Notes: a model not told the origin generated them from the sequence alone. 64,000 bases of DNA from Mobula hypostoma (GCF_963921235.1 NC_086097.1:174346001-174410000); one strand, 5' to 3'; counted from the stretch's first letter, positions 1 through 13,829 are shown. Numbers and translations are program-made.

Positions 1-2034
1 CAAAGCATGATCAATCCACCCCCGTGCTTAACAGTTGGAGAGGGGTTCTCTTCATGAAATTCTGCATCCTTTTTTCTCCAAACATACCTTTGCTCATTGC
101 GGCCAAGAAGTTCTATTTTAACTTCATCAGTCCACAGGACTTGTTTCCAACGTGCATCAGGCTTGTTTAGATGTTCCTTTGCAAACTTCTGATGCTGAAT
201 TTTGTGGTGAGGATGCAGGAAAGGTTTTCTTCTGATGACTCTTCCATGAAGGTCATATTGGTGCAGGTGTCGCTACACAGTAGAACAGTGCACCACCACT
301 CCAGAGTCTGCTAAATCTTCCTGAAGGTCTTTTGCAGTCAAACGGGAGTTTTGATTTGTCTTTCTAGCAATCCTACGAGCAGTCCTCTCGGAAAGTTTTC
401 TTGGTCAACTTGACTTCCACTGTTCCTGTTACCTACCATTTCTTAATTACCTTACGAACTGAGAAAACGGCTACCTGAAAACACTTTGCTATCTTCTTAT
501 AGCCTTCTCCTGCTTTGTGGGCATCAATTATTTTAATTTTCAGAATGCTAGGCAGCTGCTTAGAGGAGCCCATGGCTGCAGATTGTTGGGACAAGGTTTG
601 AGGAGTCAGCGTATTTATGAAGCTTTGAAATTTGCATCACCTGGCCTTTTCTAATGATGACTGTGAACAAGCCATAGCCCTAACAAGCTAATTTAGGTCT
701 GAGACTTTGGTAAAAGTTATCTGGGAGCTCAAATCTCTTGGGGTGCCCAAACTTTTGCATGTTGCTCCTTTCCTTTTTTTCACTCTGAAATTGTACAAAA
801 CAAAAATAATACACTAATCTTGCTTAAAATGTTGAAAAGAATGTTATGACTTTTGAGAAAAAGAAAACAGACAGGAAGCAAAGAGTGGGAATAAACGGGA
901 CCTTTTCAGAATGGCAGGCGGTGACTAGTGGGGTACCGCAAGGCTCAGTGCTGGGACCCCAGTTGTTTACAATATATATTAATGACTTGGATGAGGGAAT
1001 TAAATGCAGCATCTCCAAGTTTGCGGATGACACGAAGCTTGGCGGCAGTGTTAGCAGTGAGGAGGATGCTAAGAGGATGCAGGGTGACTTGGATAGGTTG
1101 GGTGAGTGGGCAAACTCATGGCAGATGCAATTTAATGTGGATAAATGTGAAGTTATCCACTTTGGTGGCAAAAATAGGAAAACAGATTATTATCTGAATG
1201 GTGGCCGATTAGGAAAAGGGGAGGTGCAACGAGACCTGGGTGTCATTGAAAGTGGGCATGCAGGTACAGCAGGCGGTGAAAAAGGCGAATGGTATGCTGG
1301 CATTTATAGCGAGAGGATTCGAGTACAGGAGCAGGGAGGTACTACTGCAGTTGTACAAGGCCTTGGTGAGACCACACCTGGAGTATTGTGTGCAGTTTTG
1401 GTCCCCTAATCTGAGGAAAGACATCTTTGCCATAGAGGGAGTACAAAGAAGGTTCACCAGATTGATTCCTGGGATGGCAGGACTTTCATATGAAGAAAGA
1501 CTGGATGAACTGGGCTTGTACTCGTTGGAATTTAGAAGATTGAGGGGGGATCTGATTGAAACGTATAAGATCCTAAAGGGATTGGACAGGCTAGATGCAG
1601 GAAGATTGTTCCCGATGTTGGGGAAGTCCAGAACGAGAGGTCACAGTTTGAGGATAGAGGGGAAGCCTTTTAGGACCGAGATTAGGAAAAACTTCTTCAC
1701 ACAGAGAGTGGTGAATCTGTGGAATTCTCTGCCACAGCAAACTGTTGAGGCCAGTTCATTGGCTATGTTTAAGAGGGAGTTAGATATGGCCCTTGTGGCT
1801 ACAGGGGTCAGGGGGTATGGAGGGAAGGCTGGGGCGGGGTTCTGAGTTGGATGATCAGCCATGATCATAATAAATGGCAGTGCAGGCTCAAAGGGCCGAA
1901 TGGCCTACTCCTGCACCTATTTTCTATGTTTCTATGTTTCTAAAAAGACTTTATGACTTTTGGAGACCAGTTCATCTTCTACTCACTTAGCTATTCACAG
2001 TAACAGAAATTTTGACCGGGGTGCCCAAACTGTA
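1..2034 (-). mobile_element. Tc1/mariner-family transposon, 5' part (transposase N-terminal half plus terminal repeat), interrupted by a CR1; runs off the window start
   Basis: 1-185 is nearly identical to 10210-10390 (Tc1 transposase, - strand). The inner repeat GGGGTGCCCAAACTTTTGCA lies at ~740. 1950-2030 matches the terminal repeat at 11082-11163. Confidence 0.85.
866..1942 (+). mobile_element. 5'-truncated CR1-clade LINE (RT C-terminal half plus 3' UTR) inserted in the Tc1 terminal repeat
   Basis: ORFs 846..1409 (SGVPQGSVLGP, KFADDTKL) and 1240..1845 (LVRPHLEYCVQFWSP, RTRGHS) are joined by one frameshift near 1245. The 3' tail is (TTTCTATG)n at 1921-1942. Confidence 0.93.
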
Positions 2035-3149
2035 TTTTAATACTATTATAGTGGTGTTATCTATTCAGATTTCAATAGTACAGAAGGTAAATAGTAGTAA
2101 AATATGTGCAATTAGTGGGTTTCTGCATCTATTTGGTATATATTGATGAATCTGATTTTGTGAATGAATTGCAATTGGAAGCAGATGGTTTTGAGGGGAT
2201 GTGATACAGGCAGGTGATGATAGGACTGTACTGAGCACAGTACATACCAGTAATAAAGAAACAGACATTCCTTGATTTTGAAATGGGGTTCAAATATATT
2301 ACTTTTCCTATGGGAGTGGCCAAATTTACATCTTTGTCAGACATATTTCCAAAATTGTTCTTTGCTCTCTCATAAATGACATGTTGAATTGTATCCCCTG
2401 AGCCTTTGGTTCGTATATTTTTAAAGATTTCTTTGTTTCCCTCATACTTGCTTGATTCTACAGTAAGTAAATTAAAAAAGAAAGAAAAGTGAAAGATACA
2501 TTAAGGAAAATATGTAATTGGAATAAATTTACTGTGTTTTGTCTTCTGTTATCAATATATCCATGTGGACATCATTCATCCTATAAAGACTCTATAAAGC
2601 TGCATTATTGTAGGAAATGAATATAACATTTGTAGTACTGGTCGTGTTTTTTATGTGTATTTTTGATAGACCCAATCTGAGTTTTGATAGAAACATATTA
2701 AACTTGTTAATTGACATGAGAAGCAGATAGGAGAAAGTGAACTGAGTTGTTACAGGAAGCAATAACATGCACGGTAATATCCAATAGTTTGCCACCATAT
2801 GACTATCAGAGAGGACTGGAAGGGAAACTAGGAGGTGCTAATGTGAATAAATTGACACTGGACGATGTTGAGCATGTAGTTCTCCTATGTAATGGAGAAT
2901 AAGTTAGGTCTACCTGTCATGAAACAAGAATCCTTTTTTGTTTAAGAACAAAGTTGTGTCTTTTTAAAAGTTACGGATCTGTAGAAGCTTGTGACCAAGT
3001 TGTTCTGAGGCAAGGCAAGTTCAAAGTAAATTTATTATCAAAATATGTGTATGTGCCATATGTGAAAAACCCATGGATTTTCTATATTTCATGGCTATCT
3101 GGAGAAGTCGAATATCAGAGTTGTATTGTACATGCATACTTTGACAATA

Positions 3150-3969
3150 GCCAGCCAGTGGTTCCTGAGTTCAAATCTAATTGGCTCCTTCAATGCTTTC
3201 TGTCTGTGCTGGGTTGAGTGTAGAGCTAGCTTCGTAAAACAAAACTGACAAATTTTACAGATTTGGCAAAAATCTCACCTGATCTGCGTGAAACACCCTG
3301 GTTTCCTTGGCTGTGTAAGTCTGGGGAAGACATTTTCAAGTCCCACCAAACTCATGAGATTGAGATGACTCGATCCCACCCCAAACCCCGATTTGTGTGG
3401 ATGCTGTGTAATTTGCTAACCTGTTACAAATTAGTGCCACAAAATAGCAGACAGAACACTGCATATGATTAAAGGAATAATATTTATGAATCTTAACTTA
3501 ACTAAAGGGTTAGTAAAGAACAACAACAAAAAAAGGACCTATTCTAATTAAACATTCAAATGTGCACAAGTTGGAGCTATCTTGAACTCTTTAGTCACTC
3601 GTGTGCTGGGTCCTCGGTCAGTGTGAATGCCCACACCACCTTCCGAATGTCGTTCGCAATCCATCTCGAACAATCCATCTCACTGACCAGATTGTAAACT
3701 GTGACTGGTTCTCCCCAGTGTCTTATCTCTTCACCTCCCACCAAACAAAAAAAAACCCAAGCCCGACCTTAGTGTCCCTCACCAGAGAAACTGCCCCTTA
3801 ATTTGACCATCCTAATTGCATGGCACACATTTCTCCTCATCTCTTATCTTCAACAATAACCCAAACAAGCTGAAAACAAATTGCTCTTACAGACCTGCCC
3901 AAAATAAAATACATACAGCAGAACAGTAAAAAATATGAACCAGGGCATTACATGCAAAAAGGAACAACA
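3150..3969 (+). mobile_element. tRNA-derived SINE with 14-bp TSD, interrupted by a solo LTR
   Basis: ATACTTTGACAATA occurs at 3136-3149 and 3970-3983. B-box-like GAGTTCAAATC at 3167-3177. The tail is AAAAAGGAACAACA. Confidence 0.65.
3289..3952. mobile_element. Solo LTR (664 bp, TG...CA)
   Basis: Terminal imperfect inverted repeats TGAAACACCCTGGTT / AACCAGGGCATTACA. The 4-bp flanks are TGCG (3285-3288) and TGCA (3953-3956), one CpG-type change apart. No ORF. Confidence 0.7.
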
Positions 3970-4859
3970 ATACTTTGACAATAAAGTGAACTTTTGACTC
4001 TTTAGTGGAATATCATATATTTCTCAAATTTCCTGATTTTTTTCTAATTGTTTTCCATGTTAATTAGCTTGCTTACTACATTGCTATCAAACTTCATAAT
4101 GGGTCTTTCAAAAATGAACATGAACAGGTTACTAGTACATCAGACAAAGTCGAATTCCTTTCCATAAGAATGTAACCAAAGCAGTATACAAACAGCAGAG
4201 TGAATGTGACCTATGTGGAGGTACCACAAGAATGCAACATTGAAAATTAGCCTACAATCTTGACTTTAAAGCTAAAAAGGGATTGAAAATAATAGATTGA
4301 GGATTTATTTTAAATTCATCTTCTTTACAGTGTTCATAGAATATTCTTCAGAACAGTAGTAAAATTCTGAAGTAACATTTAATGCTGAATATTTATTTGG
4401 TCCTTGTGCATCTTTGGCCCAGACATCCCTCCTTTCAATTTTATTACAATTACTTTTGTTTTAAAATAATTTTCTATTCAGCGCTGAATGAGAAAGTTAC
4501 GCAAACCCTGAGATGCTTGTGGTCTATTTTTAGAAAAAATCACGTTATTTGTTTTCACTTTAGATACACTGCAATTGGATCTCTGTTAGTTCTAACATGT
4601 GCTGGGTCATCTGAACAAGAACCATATGGAGTTGAAATTCCAGCCATTCCCTCCCCGTAATACGAATGGGATTCTGGTTGAAGCCCATAGAAAACATTTG
4701 AAATGATAATTTTCACCATTTTCCAATGAGAGCTGCAAGCATATCATCAAGGTTGTAAAATCATTGTTGGAACTCTTAGAATTTTCTCATTATGTAGTAA
4801 CACAAAATATAATAACTTGTCCGTCCATTTGAAAGGAGCCAAATTTAATTTTGTTTGCA

Positions 4860-7497
4860 GAGTATAAGTAGATGTTAAGCTGACATGCAGAGACAGGAAC
4901 CAAGGTTGAGCATGATGGAACTAATGTTCTGCATTGCATCTATCTGAATGCAAGGATTATTGCAGGTAAGGCAGATGAGTTTAGAGCATGGATCAGTATG
5001 TATAATTACGATATTGTAGCCATGACTGGGACTTGGTTGTAGGGGGCATAGGACTGGCAGCTCATTGTTCCGGGGTTCCGTTGTTTTAGGTATGATAGAG
5101 GGGGAGATATTAAAGGAGGAGAGATGGCATACCTAATCAGCAAAAATGTCAGAAAGGACTGACTGGAGGACCCATTTACTGAGACTATATATGGGTGGAT
5201 CTGAGGAACAAGAAAGGGATGACCGCATTAATGGGATTATACTATATGCATTGGTCAGTAGGATTTAGAGGAGCAAATTTGTATAGAGAGAGAGAGAGCG
5301 CGCAAGAAAAATAAGTTGTGATAGGAGGTGATTTCAAAATTCCACAAATTGACTAGGATTCCCACAGTATAAAATAACTGGATAGAATAGAGTTTATCAA
5401 ATGTGTTCTGGAAAGTTTCCTTAATCAATTTATAGAGGCTCCAACTAGAGAGAGTGTGATACTGGATCTATTATTAGGGAAAGAGACAGAGCAGGAGACA
5501 GAAGTGTGTGTGGGGAAGTACTTTGGAACTAGTGATCATAATTACATTAGTTTCAAGATAATTATGCAGAAGGATAGGACTGGTCCTCAGGATGAGATTT
5601 TAAGTTCGAGAAAGGCCAATTTTTATGGCACCAGGAAGGATCTGGCAAGTGTGGGTTGGTATAGGTTGTTTAATGGCATAGGAATGCTTAGTAAGTGGGA
5701 AGTCTTCAAAAGTGAAATATTGAGAATACAGACTTTGTATGTTAGAATAAAAGGCAAGGCTAACAGGTTTAGGGGACCTTGGTTTTCAAGAGGTATTGAT
5801 ATCCTGGTTTAGAAGAAGTTACATAGCAGGTAAAGGCAGCAAGGAACAAATGAGCCTCTTGAGGAGTATAAGAAATCCAAGAGAACTCTTAAGAGGGATA
5901 TCAGGAGTATTAAAAGTAAGCATGAGGTTGCTCTAGCAGACAAAGTGAAGGAGAATCCCAAGGGCTTCTATAGGTATATTAAGAGCAAAAACATGTAGCA
6001 AGGGTCAAAACCATGGAGAATAATTCTGCAGAACCTGTCAAGGTGTCCTCTCAGATCTTGTGGGAGGCTAGTACAGAAATTGCAGGAGCCCTGGCAGAGG
6101 TATTTAAAATATTCTTAACCAAGAGTGAGATGCCAAAGTACTGGAGCATAACTAATGCTGTTCCGTTGTTCAGGAAAGGCTCTAAGAATAAGCCAGAAAA
6201 TTATAAGCCTGTTGTCAGTCATGGGTAGGATGCTGGGTATTCCAAGGAACAGGATAGATACGGCCTGATTAGGGATAGTCAACATGGCTTTGTGTATGGT
6301 AGGTTGTCTCTAACAAGTCTTAGAGTTTTTGAAGGAAGTTACCATTAAAGTTGATAAAGGAAAGGCGTTGGATGTTGTCGACTTGGACTTCAGCAAGGCC
6401 CTTGACAAAGTCCTACATGGGAATTGGTCCAGAAGGTTCAGTCACTTGGCATTCAGGATTTAACACTGGTGCAGTGGGAAAAGCTAGTGAGCGGTAGCAG
6501 ATGATTGCCTCTCTGGCTGGAGGCTAATGACGAGTGGTGTACTGCAAGGATAGGTCCATTGTTGTTTGTCATCTATGTTGATGATTTGGGTGATAATGTT
6601 GTAAACTGGCTCAGCAAATTTGCCAACGAAGACAAGACTAGGGGCATAGTGGATAGCGAGGAAGGCTATCAAAGCTTTCAGCAGCATCTGGATCGGCTGG
6701 AAAAATGGTTGAAAAATGGTAAATGGAATTTAATGCAGGTTTAAAGTGCTGCACTTTGGGAGAACAAAACAGGGTAGGATTTACTTTGTGGCACTGAAGA
6801 GTGCTATAGAACAAAGGGATCTGGAAATACAGATCCATAATTTCTTTTAAGTGGCGTCGCAGGAAGATAGGATTGTAAAGAGGGCTTTTGGCATGTTGGC
6901 CTTCATACATCAGAGTACGAGTACATGAGTGGAGATGTTACCTTGAAGTCATATAAGACGTTGATGAGGCCAAATTTGGAATATTGTGTGCAGTTCTGGT
7001 CATCTATTTACAGGAAAGATACCAATAAGCTTGAAAGAGTGCAGAAAAAATTTAGAAGGATGTTGCTGGTACTTCAGAGGCTGGGTTATCAGGTAAGGTT
7101 GAATAGGTTAAGACTTTTTTTTCCCCTGGAGCGTAGGAGAGTGAGAAGAGATTTGATAGGGACATACAAAACTATGAGGGGAATAGATATGGTTAATGCA
7201 AGCAGGCTTTTTACACTGAGGTTGGGTGAGACTAGAACTAGAGGCCACATGTTAAGAATGAAAGGTGAAATATTTAATGGGAATCTGAAGGGCAACTTCT
7301 TCACTCAGAGGGTGGTCCAAGCGGAAGTGGTAGATGTAGTTTTGATTGCAACATTTGAGTGAAGTTTGGATAAGTACATGGATGGAACGGGTATCGAGGG
7401 CTATGGTACTGCTGCAAGTCGATGGGACTGGGCAGAATAACAGTTTAGTACAGGTTAGATGGGGCCAAGGGCCTGTTTTGGTGCTGTGACTCTGTAC
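4860..7497 (+). mobile_element. Degenerate CR1-clade LINE, ORF2 (APE endonuclease plus RT) to 3' end
   Basis: The endonuclease start (C-I-Y-L-N-A-R) is at ~4937. ORF fragments 5456..5812 (ILDLLL, TSDHN), 6505..6744 (KFANE) and 6925..7362 (RPNLEYCVQFWS, TRGH). Many stops and frameshifts. Confidence 0.9.
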
Positions 7498-7672
7498 TTT
7501 TGCACATTATTTCAGTTTTTTAAATTCCATATTTGTAGAACATTGATGCAAGTCATTCTATTCATTGAGAATATTAGAAAAGGTCTGATGAATAGTAGTC
7601 CACATTTGCTTAGGAAAATGTGTTTATAAATTCATTCAGATCTTTAAATTTTTTGGCAGTTAATAATGTTAA

Positions 7673-7867
<195 letters not shown>

Positions 7868-9550
7868 TAAGATTCATTTTGAAAAGTATTTTAAGTTTAA
7901 ATTACTTCATCCTGAATGCCAGTTGTTCTAATCATGAGCAACATATGCTATTTTGTCAGGAGACTTTACAAAGATTACTGTAAATATCAGCTGCACATTC
8001 TCCCCAGGTTAGGGGCAGGGTTCAATTCCTTTGAACCTTTTCTAACTTGAACAGCTCTTGCAAGTCAGAAACGTGACCACAAACCAGACATCCAGGAGGC
8101 AAAAATGCTTACAGTCCCACTGCAGCCAGCAAATCCATCCTACTTGTCTCCCAAATGCTTGTTTGGATGAACTGACTGTATTTCTAACTTGGGAAGGGTT
8201 ACTATATGTTTAGAAGTAAGACTGTCCATGTATTGAGGTCTTTTTCTTGATTTTGTACTTCCTGAACGTTGAGCTGCTCTAGGTGAGGATCTCACAAAAA
8301 GAACACTGATTGAGAGCTTTATTTTATTTGTATGTTCTTAGCTACATTGAAAAATGCATAACTGCTTTGTGATATTTAAGTTTCAATTATAATCAGATGT
8401 AGTTGATTGGGAAGTAGGTCTGATATTGCATTCTTTCTGAGTAACGTAGGAAAACTGTGAGGCTGAAGCTGATTTATAAGTACAGTCACAGCAGCTTGTA
8501 GCACAAATAAGCCAAGGTCAAAGACAAGAGGAAACTGAATCTGGGGAGATTGAAGGTAGCTTACTGAGTGATAGTCTATTTAATGTGTAGATCATATAAA
8601 CAAATTAACACTGCTGAAAAAAGCACAGGTATTACGTTGAACATGCAGTATTGATTGGAATCAATTAAAAAGGTAAGGAGATAAATGCTTACAAGGTAAA
8701 AGCCTTATTTTTGGACATTAATTCAGAACAAAGAAATTGAAAAAATGCTTGGTAGATTTGACAGTTAAAATGCTTGGAGTTAACTTCTGTATTGCAGGGC
8801 TTAGAAAACTGATGCAAGCATAAAAATTAGATTTTGGAACTGCAAGTGAAGCCCATTTATGGCTATTTGGGCGATAGAAATTCGTCCTCGCAAAATTCAC
8901 AAATCACCATCCAAAAACTTAAGGTGTGGAATAAAATTCATTTTTATTGAATTTATGTGGAAAATAAATAAGGAAGCATGAAATGTAATTTTTGAACCTG
9001 TGTTTCCTGATGTATACGCAAATAATGTGGCTTTGTGTAATGGAAAATCACGGTATAGATTGCTTTCTAGGAATTCAACCTCTACCCCCTCCCATAACAT
9101 TGTGCTGTAATTCTAAATGAAGCATTAGATGTTAAACTTGAATCGTTGCAAATGAAATGTTTTTATGAAATATCTTGGGAGTAATATTTCTTGAAATGTA
9201 TAAATGTTAACTAATCCTCTGGGTAAAAATTAAATAAAATAATTAATGTTGCTGATTTTTTTCCTGTTTTGTGTTTTCCATATGTTATTAGAAAATTTAA
9301 TGTAATTTTTTTTTGCATTTTGCCATTATTAACAGTTGTATTTGGTGTGTGCAAGCCAGAAAGTCTGTACAAATTTCTGTGCTTTTCCTCGAGCTAGGTA
9401 AAGATTTGTAGTCTTTAGTGCTAGAATTTATAACAATAGAATGCACATTCGAATTATCTTGTGTTCGAATTTTGCTCCAGACCTGTTGGCATTTTGCAAA
9501 GGAACTAAATTGTGAGTATACTGTCTTCTGAGCAAGGATACTTCTCCTTA

Positions 9551-11177
9551 CAGTGGAATGCAAAAGTTTGGGCACCCCCAGTCAAAATTTTTGTTACTGT
9601 GAATAGCTAAGCGAATAAAAGATGAACTGATTTCCAAAAGGCATAAAGTTAAAGATGACATATTTCTTTAATATTTTAAGCAAGAAAACTTTTTTTATTT
9701 CCATCTTTTACAGATTCAAAATAACAAAAAAGGAAAAGGGCCCAAAGCAAAAGTTTGGGCGCCCTGCGTGGCAATAATTAGTAACACCCCCTTTGGCAAG
9801 TATCACAGCTTGTTAACGCTTTTTGTAGCCAGCTAAGAGTATTTCAATTCTTGTTTGGGGGATTTTTGCCCATTCTTCCTTGCAAAAGGCTTCTAGTTCT
9901 GTGAGATTCTTGGGCTGTCCTGCATGCACTGCTCTTTTGAGGTCTATCCACAGATTCTCGATGATGTTTAGGTCAGGGGACTGTGAGGGGCATGGCAAAG
10001 CCTTCAGCTTGCGCCTCTTGAGGTAGTCCATTGTGGATTTTGAGGTGTGTTTAGGTTCATTATCCTGTTGTAGAAGCCATCCTCTTTTCATCTTTGGCTT
10101 TTTTACAGACAGTGTAATGTTTGCTTCCAGAGTTTGCTGGTATTTAACTGAATTCATTCTTCCCTCTACCAGTAAATGTTCCCCGTGCCACTGGCTGCAA
10201 CACAAGCCCAAAGCATGATCGATCCACCCCCCGTGCTTAACAGTTGGAGAGGGGTTCTTTTCATGAAATTCTGCACCCTTTTTTCTCCAAACATACCTTG
10301 GCTCATTGCGGCCAAAAAGTTCTAGTTTAACTTCATCAGTCCACAGGACTTGTTTCCAAGATGCATTAGGCTTGTTTAGATGTTCCTTTGAAGCTTTTGA
10401 ATAGTACTTTTTGGCTGCAATGAGCAAAGGTATGTTTGGAGAAAAAAGGGTGCAGAATTTCATGAAAAGAACCCCTCTCCAGCTGTTAAGCACGGGGGTG
10501 GATCGATCGTGCTTTGGTCTTGTGTTGCAGCCAGTGGCACGGGGAACATTTCACTGGTAGAGGGAAGAATGAATTCAATTAAATACCAGCAAATTCTGGA
10601 AGCAAACATCACATCGTCTGTAAAAAAAAAACACGAAGATGTAAAGAGGATGGCTTCTACAACAGGATAATGAACCTAAACACACCTCAAAATCCACAAT
10701 GGACTACCTCAAGAGGCGCAAGCTGAAGGTTTTGCCATGGCCCTCACAGTCCCCCGACCTAAACATCATCGAAAATCTGTGGATAGACCTCAAAAGAGCA
10801 GTGCATGCAGGATGGCCCAAGGAACTCACAGAACTAGAAGCCTTTTGCAAGGAAGAATGGCAAAAAATCCCCCAAACAAGAATAGAAAGACTCTTAGCTG
10901 GCTACAGAAAGCGTTTACAAGCTGTGATACTTGCCAAAGGGGGTGTTACTAAGTACTGCCATGCAGGGTGCCCAGACTTTTGCTTCAGGCCCTTTTCCTT
11001 TTTTGTTATTTTGAAACTGTAAAAGATGGAAATAAAAAAGTTTTCTTGCTTAAAATATTAAAGAAATGTGTCATCTTTAACTTTATGCCTTTTGGAAATC
11101 AGTTCATCTTTTACTCGCTTAGTTATTCACAGTAACGGAAATTTTGACCGGGGTGCCCAAACTTTTGTATGCCACTG
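9551..11177. mobile_element. Palindromic Tc1-derived element: two inverted copies of the 3' half (transposase DDE C-terminus plus terminal repeat)
   Basis: TA|CAGTGG at 9549-9556 and CCACTG|TA at 11172-11179. ORFs 9813..10493 (-) and 10699..11022 (+) both encode PSQSPDLNIIENLW, and the - ORF also has WTDEVK and QQDNEPKHTS. Arms are ~9551-10327 and ~10400-11177. Confidence 0.95.
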
Positions 11178-11269
11178 TATGTGGAACCATTATCTCTAAG
11201 AGTTTCTCAAGATAGGAAGCAGCACATACAGGAAAGACAAGCTTAGTTTGTCATCACTATTATGATAAG

Positions 11270-11530
11270 ATTACCTTTATTTGCCACATGTACATTGAAA
11301 TGTACAGTGAAATGAGTTGTTTGTGTCACTGACCAACTGAGGATCTGCTGGGGCCAGACTGCAACCTTCACCTTGGTTCTGGTGCCAACATAGCATGTCC
11401 AAAATTTATTAACCCTAACCCGCAAGTCTTTGGAATGTGGGAGGAAATTGGAGCACCCGGAAGGTACCCACACAGACATGGGGAGAATGTACAAGCTCCT
11501 TATAGACAGTGGCAGAAGTTGAATCCCTTA
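11270..11530 (-). mobile_element. V-SINE / HE1-like SINE
   Basis: GTCTTTGGAATGTGGGAGGAAATTGGAGCACCCGGAAGGTACCCACACAGACATGGGGAGAATGTACAAGCTCC resembles the reverse complement of the conserved V-SINE core. A B-box-like motif lies near 11520. Confidence 0.7.
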
Positions 11531-11899
11531 TGCTGAGTAAGGGTGTTGTGGACAAGGATAAAGTGGTAACCTCATGATTCAAAAACTGCATTCAACACTT
11601 TTGAGAACATATTGAAGTATAGAGGATTAAGAAAAAGCAATTTAGAAAGCAAAAAAGGTATCACTCCTGGTAACAAAATGATATCTTAAGAATAGGACCA
11701 GATGTATGATGTAAGAATATAATGTGTTTAGCCTCATTAGAGGCTGTAGGTATGTTGAGATGGACTTGATCTTTTATCTTGATATAAACCTGTGAGAATT
11801 GGCAGGGCAGTGGAATCCAAAGCAGATATGAGGCAGATGGGATGCTGGAAGTTGAGTTAGAATTCAATGACAGTAAGGTCAACAGAGGTAGAGGCATAC

Positions 11900-13680
11900 C
11901 ATGAAGCAAGGAAAGACTGCTGGATTAAATTGTATTTATTTCAATGCAAGATGTCTTGACAGGTAAGGCAGATGAACTCAAGGCACGAATAGCTACATTG
12001 GAATGGGATATTGTAGTCATTACAGAAACATGCTCCAGGCTACAGGTGGGTTAGAGGGGGTGTGGGGTTGCTTTTCAATTTAAGGAGAACACGATAACAG
12101 TAGTCCAATATGAATTCATTCTGTGAGACTCTTTAGGTGAAACCGAGAAGTAAGAAGGGGGTGATCACTTTGTTGAGATTGTATCATACAGTATGCCCCC
12201 TAATTGTCAACAGGAATTAGAGGAACAGATATGCAGGGAGATTGCTCAAAGTTGCAAGAATAATAGGAAATTTTAAATTTTCTAATATAGATTGGGACTG
12301 CCAAAGATTTAGGGACTTGGATGAAGTTGAGGCTGTTAAGTGTGTACAGGTAAGTTTCGTCATGCAATATTATTGAAGGCCTTACTAGGGAAAGGGCAGA
12401 GCTTCACCTATTCTTTGGAAATGGGGCGGGACAGGTGACAGAAATGTCAGTGGGGGAGCACTTTAAGACCAATGATTATAGTTATATTAGTTTTAAGTTA
12501 GTTTTGGAAAGGGACCAATCTGGTCCTCAAGTTGAAGTTTTAAACTGGAGCAAAGGAAATTTCACTATGTTAGACATAAACTTGCATAACTTGATTGGAT
12601 TAGGTGGTTTGCAGTGAAAGGGACTTCTAGCAAGTGAAAGGCTTTTACAATTGAGATATTGAGAGTTCAAGATTTGCATGTTCCTTTTAGAGTTAAAGAG
12701 AATGCTGACAGAAGTATGGAACTCTTGATGATGAATGCTATTTAGGTTTTGGTTAAGAGAAACAAGGAGAAAAAGGTCAGGTATAGTCAGCTGTGATCAA
12801 GTGAATCTGGGAGGACTATAATGTTTGCAAGAGTATTCTGAAGAAGAAATTCTGAAGATTAGTATACTCAAGAAAGAAATCAGTAGGGCTAAAAGGGGGC
12901 ATGCGATAACTTTGGCGGAGAAGATTAAGGAGGATGCAAAGAGATCTTGTAAGTATATTAAATGAAAAAGAGTAACTAGAGAGAGACTATGGCCCCTCAG
13001 TGACTACAGGGAAAATATTTGTTTGGAACACAAACAAAATGCTGGAGGAATTCAGCAAGTCAGGCTGCATCTATGGTTGGGAATAAACCGTTGATGTTTT
13101 GGGCCGAGATCTTTCACCTAAGACCTGATGAAGGGTTTTGGCCTGAAATATTAGCTGTTTATTCTTCTGCATAGATGTTGCCTGACTTGCTGAACTCCTC
13201 TAACAGTTTGTGTGTGTTGCTCATGATTTCCAGCACCTGCAGAATCTCTATATTTATCATCTTGGTATGGTGATGCAAGAAGTGGGCAAAGTCCACAATG
13301 AGTATTTCTCCTTTCTGTGGAGAAGGAAATGAAGACTTAGGATCTTGAGATAGTTAGTGGGAATGGCTTGAGGATAGCCTGTATTACAGCAGAGGAGGTA
13401 TTGGATGTCTTAAAATGTATGAAGGCACTTAAATCTCTTGAGCCTAATCAGGTATATCAAAGAATACTCTAGGAAGTTAGAGAAGGAAGGAAGTTGGAGA
13501 AGTAATTGCGAAAGCCCCTGGCTGGGTTATATACATCATTATTAGCGGTGGGTGAAGTGCCAGAAGATGGGAGAGTGGCTAATGATACATTTTTACTTAA
13601 GGGCTGCAACGAACAACCCATGAACTATAGAGCAGTAAGCCAAATGTTTTTGGTAGGTAAGTTATTAGAGAAGACTTTGT
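11900..13680 (+). mobile_element. Degenerate CR1 LINE fragment (endonuclease and linker)
   Basis: LNCIYFNAR-like start at ~11925. ORFs 12435..12617 and 13506..13697 (GEVPEDGRVAN). Interrupted by a hairpin element at ~13027-13250. Confidence 0.8.
13027..13250. mobile_element. Older PLE-derived hairpin element with a decayed hammerhead motif
   Basis: Imperfect inverted arms AACACAAACAAAATGCTGG... / ...AACAGTTTGTGTGTGTT. CTGATGA-AGGgttttggCCT-GAAA lies at 13125-13148. Confidence 0.75.
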
Positions 13681-13829
13681 GTCCATCTCCCGAATAAGTA
13701 CGGATGCAAAAAATCCGCTTAAGATCGCCCTCATTTCTTTTGGTTCCATGCATGAATGGCCATGCTAACCTTCAAGAGGACCAATTTTGTCCCTTGCTAT
13801 ACTTTTGCTCTTAAGGTAAAATATGACTG

